From assembly GCA_965285935.1 (NCBI GenBank), contig OZ260665.1:18166001-18230000 (forward strand): 64,000 nt of DNA, written 5' to 3'. Under the pieces are notes generated by a model. The model saw nothing but the letters and a program-made list of their open reading frames with translations. It ran no database searches and was not told the origin of the DNA. The number at the start of each line of letters is the position of its first letter. Position 1 is the first letter of the stretch. Of the stretch, positions 39,801 through 51,800 are shown piece after piece. Source of the stretch: Ophelia neglecta. Its lineage: Eukaryota. Position numbers and translations under genes: made by a program.

Positions 39801-42800
39801 GCCAAAGTTTTGGCCCTAAGTTCCGCTCCATATTTCTGTTTGACGATTCTCGGTAGATTGGGGTGTACTAGTTTGAGCCAAATTAGACAAATAAAATTCT
39901 CGAGTGTTGGTGGGAGATCCTCGTCCTCTATTAATTGCACACCATGGTGAGTAATGCCGCCATGGCGGGTCAGTAGGTTGTCCTCAACAAACGCCAATAT
40001 GCGTTGATAAAGTTTTTCTGGTTTCTCATCAGGCTCAAGCCGAAATTCAGCCATGTCCAGAAAATGAGCACCGGTGGTTTGGAACCCATAATGTAGTCTG
40101 AGAGACTGCCACACATTGTCCAGAGATGTGCTTTGCTTTACGATCTGTCCCCTTGAAATAACAGGTGCAAAATTGGCAATTTGTCCCAGCATCATTTCGA
40201 GGTTAATAACCTTTTGAACGGCCATAACTCGGGGGTTATTGTGAGCGGGATCATCCTGAAAACCTCGCAAAGGGTTATTACGGTCTCGTTTTTGCCAATG
40301 GACATTGGGGGTGAGAAAGTGATTGAAAGTAGGTTCGAGAGAAAGTACATACAGTAAGTTCTGGCGCCAAGCCTCGAAGGTAGTGAGATTTTCATTCTCC
40401 GTTAAAATGCGCTGTTTGGGGGCTCTGTTTGCTGCCATCGTGATATCAGTAGACCTTGATGTGTTCCGTGGCTTTTCCGACAAAGTACAGTCAGCTCAGG
40501 GTTCGGTAACCGCTGCCACCACGCCAATAAGAGTAGGAATCACAACACCAAGACTCACATTGATATAGCCGGAAGTGAAGAATATTTTTAATGTGACCAA
40601 AACACGGAAATCGAGTGAGACATGGATGCGCCGGAAAGGACGACATAAGTAGTGTGGGACGCCTAAGGCTCTACCATGTTATGGACCAATCATTATAATA
40701 TACTGGCGCAGGTTGAACATGCCGTTTTAGTTTTCCTGCTTTTACACCATCATGCCAAATTACCTTTGTAAAAATAATAATAACGTACAGCAAAGAGTGA
40801 CTTGAACCTCCAGAATCATTTTCTATTATACAGAATGATGCATGCAGACACAGTTTACCATTTAATTAACATACATGTACTACTACACCATAAATATGTA
40901 AAGTAAGGGGAGCTGCAAAATTTTTGGGAAATTCTGCCATTGTCGCAAAACTTTCCTGTACGAGATTTAACCACTTGGCCCTGCCATCCATACCATAACT
41001 CATCTTCTGGCATGACAGAGGCATGAAATTGAATGTCAAAGAAATATAACACACATTGTCATGCATCTAAGCACATGCACCTATATGCAAATTTTCGCCT
41101 TTTTGTCCCAGCAAAAATATTACAAGTGTTAAAAGCACATTAAGATGTAGTAGTGAACCACATGTTTAGGAGGTCTTCCCTTATTTTTGTTTAGTTTGTC
41201 TGGCAAATATGAAAATTCAACATTGCATTTTGTTTGAGTTACCATAGAAACATAATATCCCCAATTCTTCCATTCATAGATATAATTACCATTTTAATTA
41301 CTACTCTTCAAGCCTAAAAGGTCACTTGAGATCTAGTTTATTTACCAGTTGTACACCTACCTGTACACCCGTTTGCCTTTGGTCGCCTGGTACATAGCCT
41401 GTGCCTTGTTCCTGGCCTCCATCGGCGTCAGACGGGAATTAAACTGCATCAGCAGACGTTCAGCAAAGTTAGCCCCGGCTCCATAGATTCTACCATAGTT
41501 AAACACCTGGAAAAACAGGCTAGCAGTTAATATGTGCCAATGGTGATACCCACCCCCACCCCCACCCCCCCTCCACCCCTAGATTAGAAATGGACTAGCC
41601 CTGATGTTGTCCCTGTAGATGTTTCATACCATGGCTTTATTTCTGGAGATAATCATCACCCCCCCCCCCCCCCCCGACCTACACGTGAAATGGACTAGCT
41701 CTAAGAGGTCTTTTTAGATGGTCTAAACCTTGGCCTTATCTCTGGATATTCCCATGATGGAGGCACCCAACCCCTTCCCCCAATACCCCCCCCCCTGGCC
41801 TAGATTTGAAATGGATTAGCCCTAAGTGGTTTCTGTAGATGATCTCTACCTTGGCCTTATCCCTGGAGATTTCCATGATGGATGCACCCCTCCATACATG
41901 TTATGTAATATGAAATAAGGGATCGGCTTGTATTTATAATCAGGCTACGACACCCAATATCCCCCCAGACTTAGATTTGAAATTGACTAGCCCCAAGTTG
42001 TCTCTGTAGAAGTTCCATACCTTTGCCTGATCTCTGGAGATTCCCACAATGGATGCCGTCTTGCTGTGAAGATCAGTTCCGTCTACCTTGTTTCCCTGCA
42101 GTGTCATCCAACCAAACGCGGTGCAGCCTATAGTACAACACTGTATATGTAATTCCTCTTATATTTCAGACACTTAAAAAAATTCCAATGCAAAATGAGA
42201 TGCAAAACCAAAATTGTTATCATTTTATTACTAGGGTGCCATTAAGTTTACTAATTAAAGGTTAAACAAAAATTTAAATTACAGGGAACCAGAGTGTATG
42301 AGACATAGGGTATGAATAAATTATAGGCATTTAAGGTACTACATATTTAATGGTAGGAATATATAGTGAAATGTACATTAGGGTAATTATTACATACACA
42401 CAGATAATACTCATTCTGTATTCATACCACTCATAACATAGAAGTAGTATTTATTATAAACATTAATGATAATGCAAATGAAATGACAAGAAAAATATAA
42501 ATGACACATGAAGCAAAAATGCTTATATGAGTCTAGGTTAATAACAAGTGGGAAAAAAGGTTTGTTAATAACTGCAACATAATAATAGGTTGACAAAATA
42601 TAAGTAATATGAGCAGGAAACAAAATAATAATGCAAAATATATACATAATAACATTAATAAATGAAGTACATCAGTCATAGAAATAAACAGATAAACAAT
42701 GAAACAAGAGTAGCACTACTGTACATGATAGTATAGGGTAGGATGTATTGTCAAGATTAAAATAAAAACAAGGCAGGTAAAGTTACATAAAGAGTTAAGA

Positions 42801-45800
42801 TACGAATAATAAGAGTTAAGGTATTTATAAAATCACATTCTTTAATTATTTAAAGCATTTACATTTACGTGTATATGAAGTAATGTAAATGTAGTGTACA
42901 TGTACTTGAAGTGTTTGCATACCATGTTGTCCGGCAAAGTATGCATCACCCAGGATGGCAGCTATCCACAGCTCCTGGGAGTCGACGTCTGCTCCTACAA
43001 AGTGGTATCCGGGCGGAGACTGGACCATGGCCTTCAACTCACTGCCAACACGGTCTCTCTGAGGAAATACACAAATGAAATATAATGAAAGGTCCCTTGT
43101 CGCCCTCCCTCCCCTGCCCTCCCAGAACTATAGTCTCTCACTGCCAAGACGGTCTTCTGAGGAAATACACAAAGAAATATAATGTAAGGTCCCTCGTCAC
43201 CCTCCCTCTCCTGCCCTCCCAGAACTATAGTCTCTCACTGCCAACACGGTCTCTCTGAGGAAATACACAAAGAAATGTAATGTAAAGTCCCGCGTCACCC
43301 ATCCTCTCCTGCCCTCCCATCTACAGCCCGGGTTACGAAACTATAGTCTTCATGCCAACACAGTCTCTCTGAGGACAGACACAAAGAAAACATAATGGGA
43401 GGAACCTCCTTGCCTCCTACCTCCCCTCCCCCCCCCCCCCCAAAAAAAAAAAACCACTGGTTACTCGACAATAGCCTTCAACTCACTACCCACAACAGTG
43501 AAATTATTATAGTTTTCCCAACCGATTTATCCTGAATTACCCTCCCGAGTAATAAAAAAAGGATTTTTCGAGAATGCCGACAGTGGTAAACCAACAAAAA
43601 AATTGTATACTGCTTGATAAACTAGTGCCAGCCAATAAATAATATATGGATTGGTAAATTAGACAAAGAGCATGGTATATGTGTGTGTTGGGGGGGGGGG
43701 GGGGGGAGGAAAAATATATCAGCACTGTATATAACAACAATTGGAACATAATGGTTGGGTGATGGGGGGGGGGGGGGGGGCTGCACAAATGAACACTATA
43801 CAGTTTGACTGAAAAGTCCTTCATAGTTTTTTATCATTGTTTACTTCAAGCAAGATCTAAGATCAATCGTAACCATCTTGTTTTAGATTCGATAATTGGT
43901 ACCTATGGCTGATGTTCAAAGACACTTGGTCATAGCTGTTCAAAGCTAATACATCTAAAGTGTGTACAATTTAACTTTGTGCACAATAATTCCAAATAGA
44001 GAATCTTTTCTTCACAATGGGTATAGAGATTTGAGTGGGAGGGAGAGAAAACTTAGCCAGCAGGCATGAACAAATTCTATTCTACTCCTGCAATAAATGT
44101 GAGGGTATTCGTTAATTTGCCCCAGTACTGGTTATCAATGCCCATACAGACCCACATCACTGATGCGATACATGTATCAATACACAATCTAAGTATTCCT
44201 ATACTCCCCCACACAGGTAATAATGACCATCTACACCCAATATCACCCCGTAACTTACATAAGCGTTGCTGGCAGTGAGCCAGGTTTTCTCGACTGCCCG
44301 TCGTGTGACCGTGCCAGCCGGTACGATGCGTGGGACGATAGCCCCATAGAACAGGTCCTCGTCATACTCGGGACTTCTGCAACATTTAATTAATTTCATT
44401 GATGTAGGAAATACCAAATTAACAAACATAATAATTACAATTCCATTGGAATCATTGAGAATTGAACACCTACATAGTAAGTCTCTGCAGTCCCTAAACA
44501 GAATTTATACTTATTTAGTTTCTTAAAACAAAGTTCCTCGGTTATTTCGCCACGATTGTGGTAAATGTAAATGATTGTGGTAAATGTAATTTAACATGAC
44601 CCAAAAGTGATTGAATTTCCCTCCTGCTATTCGGCAGCAAATATTTTAGTGGTAAAAAATAAGGGGTTGTCGTGAATTTTTTAACAATCCAAATTTTTCC
44701 GTAACAATAAAAACTAATTCAAAAATAAAATTAAAGCTGCCACTCTTTTTCACATATTAGGACAAGATATGAAGATTACCTAAACTGCTATTTTAAAAAC
44801 TATAGCAGAATGGCAGCTTTATATATATTTGAAATAGTGCCTTTTATTAATTCAGGTAGTAAATTTATTCATAGTGTACATACTTGGTTACTACTGAAGG
44901 CAGATCCTTTTTCCTCAACTGGACAGCCATCTGGCCTCTTAAAAAGAAATAATTATTTAAACATAAGATCTTTGAAGTAGCTAAAAACGAGGTCAATGAA
45001 TATAGAGGGAATAAGAAGCCAGTAGAGGATAGCCAATCAGTGTCGTGCATGCAACAAAGCTATTTTTGACAATAATTAACATTCCTTTCCCTCATATTAT
45101 TCCGATTTTAGGAAAATTTGGACTTGTGGATACAAGTCTGGTCACTTGTTAACTGCAAAGTGGTATTATGGTATTATTATTCATTTATTAAAACCTCCAA
45201 AAATGCAAAGAATATAATACATATATCCACATAATACATAAATACAATAGAAATATACAAATAAACAAATAAAAATAAATTCAAGAACAGCACAAGCATA
45301 AACCAACAAACACTGGGCGGTTAACCTCAAAGTTTTTAGCATCGGCACAACACTGCAGCACAACTCTGCTAACTGTGTGGGAGAAAGTCATTGCTTGGCT
45401 TTAGACAAGAAGCCCCCAAAAGTCACTTGCCCAAATACTTTTTTGAATGTAATTTGTGAAAGTGCTCCATCAGTGACTGGGGATGCCCCAGGCCTTGGTA
45501 ATATATTGTTATGGCTCAAGACAGGAGCATTTGACCTTTTCCCAGTAACTCCCTGTCTATGGTTGATGCTCACCCTATAAGGCACATGTTGTTTATACAA
45601 TTTCGTGCAGTGCAGTGGCAGGACATGTCAGAGTCGGATTATTATTATTTGTATTCTTTAAAATATGCAAAAGATAAACAAACTGAAACGAATCTCCTTC
45701 AAGGCACAGTCCAAGCCTTACCTATTTTCTTCATCCACGGGAAGGTGGGTTAAAAACCAACCCGAACAAATGAAAATTTAATGCATTTTTGGTGCCTGAA

Positions 45801-48800
45801 GTTGAACAGGCAGATGATTCCGACAAGAAGCCCCCAAAAGTCACTTGCCCAAATATTATTTTGAATGTAATTTGTGAAAGTGTCCCATCAGTGTCTGGGG
45901 ATAGGCCTTGGTTGTTTGGGGTTTATACATGGCTTTCAACACTCATATGGTCATATTGCCACTGTGTCTACTTGTGACAGTGGGCCCAATGCCCTCTTTT
46001 TAGTGCTGCCTCACTGGAGTACCTGCGGTAGAACCAGACAGGGAACCCCACCCAGTCACATTATACTGACACAGGGTTAACCAGTCCTGATACTGCCCCC
46101 AAAGTACCGGGCACCTGGCAGGGGAGCTGTCACTACCTATTTTTATGTCATGGGTTTGACGCGATTGGGATTCGAACCCCGATCTCCCACTTGCTAGGCG
46201 GATAACCTAACCGCTCGGCCACACTTTGGTGGTCTGAGATAGGCCTTTGTAACATCTTGTTATGGCTCTAGACAGGAGCTTTTGACCTTTTTCCCAGTAA
46301 CTCTCTGTCTATGATTTACGCTTACCCTATGCGGTCCATGTTGTTTTTCCAGTATGAGGTCATGTTGCTGTATTTCAGGATGGTCTGAGGCTGGGAGCCA
46401 CTGTAGGAGCTGAGTATTCCGTCCTCAATCTTGCCCAAGAAGTCTTTGGCCAGAGGGTTCCCCACTTTCAAGTCTCCACCATCCTGGAGGAAAAAGACAA
46501 AAAAATGTATTGGTTGAAAGCCTTGTTCTACTGTTCCTGTTAACCAAGGGTTAATCATCCCAATGCCCCGGGGAGCATGCAGTGATTCAATATTGGACAA
46601 AATCCCTTGGCAAGAGCAGAGATGCATTCTACAAAGGCAAATACCTTTGTCTTCATAGATACGCAATTAGCAGCACAGTGAAATAGTGACCATATTTGAT
46701 CTAATAGAAACCCTCACCTTTTTTATTTTGACAGATTAAAAAAGTGATGAACTTTGGCACCAAACTTGGTGATGTATTATTTAACAATACTTTAATTGTA
46801 AAAATCCCAAAATTAAGATATGGCCTTATGCCTTATCAAGTGCCTATGCCTTATCAATCCTCTACCCTCTTTTTTTTCAAAATCTTATTATTTTGACCCT
46901 TTTCATTAGTACTTTGGGGTTTTTCAACAACAAAATACAACCTACATAATTTAGTGCCCTGGGCCCTTATTATAGAGAATAAATTAATTTTTAAACTAAG
47001 GATATCCTTGTTTAGATATGCATCTTCTTTTAGATCATTTACAGTAATACTTCAGGTAATTGTGGTTTAGATTTGTAAATCTATAAAATCCATCCTTTTT
47101 ATATCATTTTTATATTTATAAACCATGCCTTGTATCTATATAATTATACCCTTTTTATCCCACTGCAAATTAAATTGTACATACTAATTAAAAGTTAGGG
47201 GGGCTGCGGCAAGGCACAGTGGCCAGAGTAGAACATTTGACTGTGACCTATCAACATCTGTTGATGACCTCTACAGTCTCTGTTGAAACAGTGCTCCCAC
47301 CTGGTGAATATTTTGTTCATAAATTGGCAGCATAAATATGCTAGGAGTTTGCATTTAAAAAACCTTGCGACAATATAAATCAAATCTATAATATAAGTTT
47401 AAATCAGGTTTAAATTTGATGTATATACTTGTAGTTGTATTATACATTCGACCAGGTACGCCATGCCCTAGGGTTCAGCAGGTTTTTCAACCAAATATAT
47501 TCATTCATTAACTTTTTGGTGTTGCCATGGCAACCCTGTATGCGCAGAGCTAAAAAATGTTACGGCATGCCCCGGGACATGCCATTCTTCAATGACTTGG
47601 TGCCCAATGGTACAGCGGTGCCCTGGGGCATGGCATACCTGAATCAATTGACATGTTTGTCATACAAACCTTGTGCGGTAGTCTATAGAAGAGACAGCCG
47701 GGGATTACATTGTAGAAGGGCCCAGCCCCTACATGCAGGGTGGGGGCTCGAACCTGACTCTGAAAGCATCAAACATAACATACTTACACCGGACTGTTAG
47801 GTCTGTGGGTCAGGGGTCTATACTAACTATTGCCCGACGTCCCGGGGCACATCAAATTTGCTCGCGGGCACAAAGGTTTTAGTTAACTTCCCGCCGGGCA
47901 ACCTGTTAAAAATTCCCCAAATTGCCGATTGTTGGATATCTTGTATATTTTTTATGTACAAATATTTTTGGGACAGTAAGCCTATGGTGCGGGCAAGTAG
48001 TTTCCTGGTGCTACTTGCCCTCAGGGCAAGTGCTGAGAAAAGTTAGTGTAGATCCCTGGTGGGTACATCAAAACAATACTGGACCCAGTTTAGGAAGCAG
48101 TCTTAAGTTAAAGAATTAGATTAGCCTATTACTGATTAGTTGAGACTGCGTTTTCTGCGTTTCCATCAATCAGGATTAAGTTGAGGACAAAAATGGTCAG
48201 GTTTAAGACCAAATCCAGCTTCTAGAAACTTCACTTAGCAAACAAAGACTGATTAATCAACTTAAACCTGATTTAAATGTGATAAAGAGTTACCGTAAGA
48301 TACCCAGCCAGCTCCTTAAGGCCAAATTAGAAAACATTCCATCCTTATCAGAGGAATATCCCAACTAATTTATTGAATTATTTCAGATTTATAAGTCAAG
48401 AATTTAAATAATGCTAGCTCCCTGCCCCCTTATGAGATAAAAACCAAGAACTGTCATCCATTAAGTATAGCACATTAGGTTCAACTAGAGCCAATAATGT
48501 ATTAAATCCACTACACAATACTAATAGATTTGCATGCACATTTCCTTTCTACACAACCTCTGTACATACATTATTAAGTCAGAAATGTTCGTGGCAATTT
48601 TATGTACATCAGAATTAATTCTTGGAACATTTCCCACTTTACAGTAGTCTGGGCTGAGATGCCTGTTGACTGGGTATATATATTCCCTGAACACGTGCTT
48701 TTCGTAGATAAGCACCCTTCCTTGTATATCCCTTACCTTAGCCCTCTCTTTGTCCACTTCCTTATCACAGATCTCTGAGCTCAGCCCAGTACTTTGCCTT

Positions 48801-51800
48801 TTTTGCCCCCCCCCCCATTGATCCCTATCTTTTTTATCCCTCACCTTAGCCCTCTGCTTGTCCCCCTATTTGTCCCAGTTGTCTACCCCTCACCTTAGCC
48901 TTCTGTATGTCCCTCTGTTTGTCCCCCTTGTCTATCACCCACCTTAGCCCTCTGTTTGTCCCCCTGCTTGCCCGCCCCTTGTTTATCCCTTACCTTAGCC
49001 CTCTGTTTGTCCCCCTCTTGTTTATCCTCACCTTAGCCCTCTGTCTGTCCCCCTCTTGTTTATCCCTCACCTTAGCCCTCTGTCTGTCCCCCTCTTGTTT
49101 ATTCCTCACCTTAGCCCTCTGTTTGTCCCCCTTGTCTATCACTCACCTTAGCCCTCTGTCTGTCCCCCCCTTGTCTATCACTCACCTTAGCCCTCTGTTT
49201 GTCCCCCTTGTCTATCACTCACCTTAGCCCTCTGCTTGTCCCCCTCTTGTTTATCCCTCACCTTAGGCCTCTGTCTGTCCCCCTCTTGTTTATCCCTCAC
49301 CTTAGCCCTCTGTCTGTCCCCCTCTTGTTTATCCCTCACCTTAGCCCTCTGTCTGTCCCCCTCTTGTTTATTCCTCACCTTAGCCCTCTGTTTGTCCCTC
49401 TGTTTGTCCCCCTGTTTGTCCACGCTTGTTTATCCCTCACCTTAGCCCTCTGTTTGTCCCTCTGTTTGTCCCTCTGTTTGTCCACGCTTGTTTATCCCTC
49501 ACCTTAGCCTTCTGTTTGTCCCCCTGTTTGTCCCCCTTGTTTATCCCTCACATCAGCTCTCAGTTTGTCCCCCTATTAGTCCCCCATGTCTTTCACCCAC
49601 CTTAGTCCTCTCCTTAGCCCTCTGTCTGTCCCCCTCTTGTTTATCCTCACATTAGCTCTCTGTTTGTTCCCCTTGTCTATCACTCACCTTAGCCCTCTGT
49701 TTGTCCCCCTTGTCTATCACTCACCTTAGCCTTCTGTTTGTCCCCCTCTTGTCTATCACTCACCTAAGCCCTCTGCTTGACCCCCTGTTTGTCACTCACC
49801 TTAGCCTTCTGTTTGTCCCCCTGCCTGTCTGAGATTTCTTTGAGCTGAGCCCAGTACTTGGCCTGTTCCTCCTCTCCGGTGGCTGAGTGTAGACTGTTAA
49901 GGACCCTCTCCATGGTGGCCTGAGGTGGCTCGGCGGTCATGGCACCTTTCAGCCACTTGGGTCGGGTATGGCGGCAAACCTCTATCAAAGATCTGCACAC
50001 AACAATCAGGAAGGTTTACAAATGGTGACAAACATCAGCAAAATGGTTATTATATAACAAGAAAACCTGGATTTACAATAAGTAAACTCTGTTCATTAGA
50101 GGAAGGAAGAAAAGCATTCCCAAGCACAATTGAACCATTTATGAACATAGTACCTCCAGCATCTAATAATGTGTAAAATTTTGGCAATCATAGTGAAAAT
50201 AAGACTAGGATTGATAGAGTACAATCTTAACTCTTACATAAAAACTTACACGTGACTAAAAAAAAGTAGGAGTCAATTTTTCTGCTTCAATTCACTTCAC
50301 ATTATACGCCTAGTTTGTTCTCTTGCTAGGATTATTCTATTTGAAAAACACAGAGGGGTGGTAGGAAGGCTTTTCTGGTTTTCTGTAAAACCAACTGTAG
50401 GTACCTCACCAGGGGTTTTATGTGGCATAATGAAAGCGTATATCTTGGGGGTCATCATGGGCAGGTTTGGGCAAAATATGCATTCTCCATGCCCTCAACA
50501 CCCTTTTTTTATGGAATGGCTCCTATATCCTCTGACTCAACTCAGAACATTTAATGGAAGAGTCCACTGGTGAGGGGTACACTGTTTTCTTGACCATGAC
50601 AAAGAACCATTCCCCCTGCTTCAATATAAGCCCCGCAGAAGGGTTAAATGTGAATCTTACTGATAAGGGAAGGCACAGGCCCCTACATTCTCCTCCTTGG
50701 CTTCTCCCTCCTGTCTCTGCAGCTCTCGCTCCACCTCGTCCTGGCTGAAATCTAAGATGGAAGGTCACTACTATAGTGAGAGGAGGTTAAACGGTTCCAA
50801 CATCATTTTAAAGATTTAAGTGTTTATGAAATGGATGTATTCTCATGAGCCATTATCATTTATTAACGTCAGAAGTCAGCAGAAACACATAGTTTGCTGA
50901 TACAGTGAAACCTATCAATTAAGACCACCTAGACTGAGAAAAGGGTTATTCTACATTGAAGAGGTGGTCTGAATATAGAGGTGGTCTTTAAGACAGGTTT
51001 CACTGTAGTGATTTTCCATCATGGTCCCCTCTGAGATGCTGTTATAATTTTGTTAGCATACTACGTCAGCTGAACCTATTATTTCTTACCTGGCACCAGA
51101 AACCCCCAGCCATGATCCTGGTGGTAGTGTAGTGGGAACCCGTCCCAGGTTAGACGTAGTAGTTTGGGCGTGGCCCGTCGCTGTGTAGACAGCAGGGTGG
51201 GTTGAGGGTGTTCCCCAGGAAGTAACTGGGACTTGGGTGGACAGAGATCTACATACCATCTGTGTGTGAGAAAACAAACATGTTATACTACTTAGGAATA
51301 GTAGTAGCTGGGCTATTGCCATCTGTGTGATATGACATTGTTTTCAAAACAGTGGTCCCTGCGATGTAGGGCTATCCCTTAATGCAAAGAAAAGGGCCCT
51401 CCATTGTAGGTAGCCCTTGGTTGGAGGTTATTTACATGGAAAAAATAGGACATGGGAATTCAAAAATGTCCTGCCATCACAGGTGGCCCTTCATTTGAGG
51501 GGCCCTACATGGCAGTGACCACTGTTTATCCAAAAGAATAATAATTTTATATCACAATTTTCCCTCTGACTATTTGTTCACGGTCTGGGCCGACTCACAG
51601 AGGGTATCCCGCCATGTAGGGTTGTCTTAACATCTTCTTAGCCTTCTTATACACCTGGTCTACATACTCGTCTGCTGTTGGCTCTACTTTCTTTTTTTCT
51701 TTTACACCATCCTCTTTCTTCTTTTTCTGTGTGAAAGAAACTGGATTTATGTGGTGGGAGATACACATGTATAGGCCATTTCCATTTCATTTCAAACAAA

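Larger units (their letters stand above)
35270..40710 (-). mobile_element. Full-length Ty3/Gypsy LTR retrotransposon in POLG intron 18
   Basis: Identical 189-bp LTRs (35270-35458, 40522-40710); PBS TGGTGGCAGCGGT at 40521-40509 (matches a tRNA-Leu-type 3' end); polypurine tract at ~35462-35477; domain order Gag-PR-RT-RH-IN. Confidence 0.97.

Noticed and set aside
40855-41066. Additional POLG exon next to the 5' LTR
   Set aside because: The best acceptor in the required phase hits an immediate TGA, there is no POLG-like sequence, and exons 18 and 19 already join in phase.
48521-49507. ORFs with LCLSP / [12 protein letters not shown] repeats as independent genes
   Set aside because: They are translations of the minisatellite inside a POLG intron.
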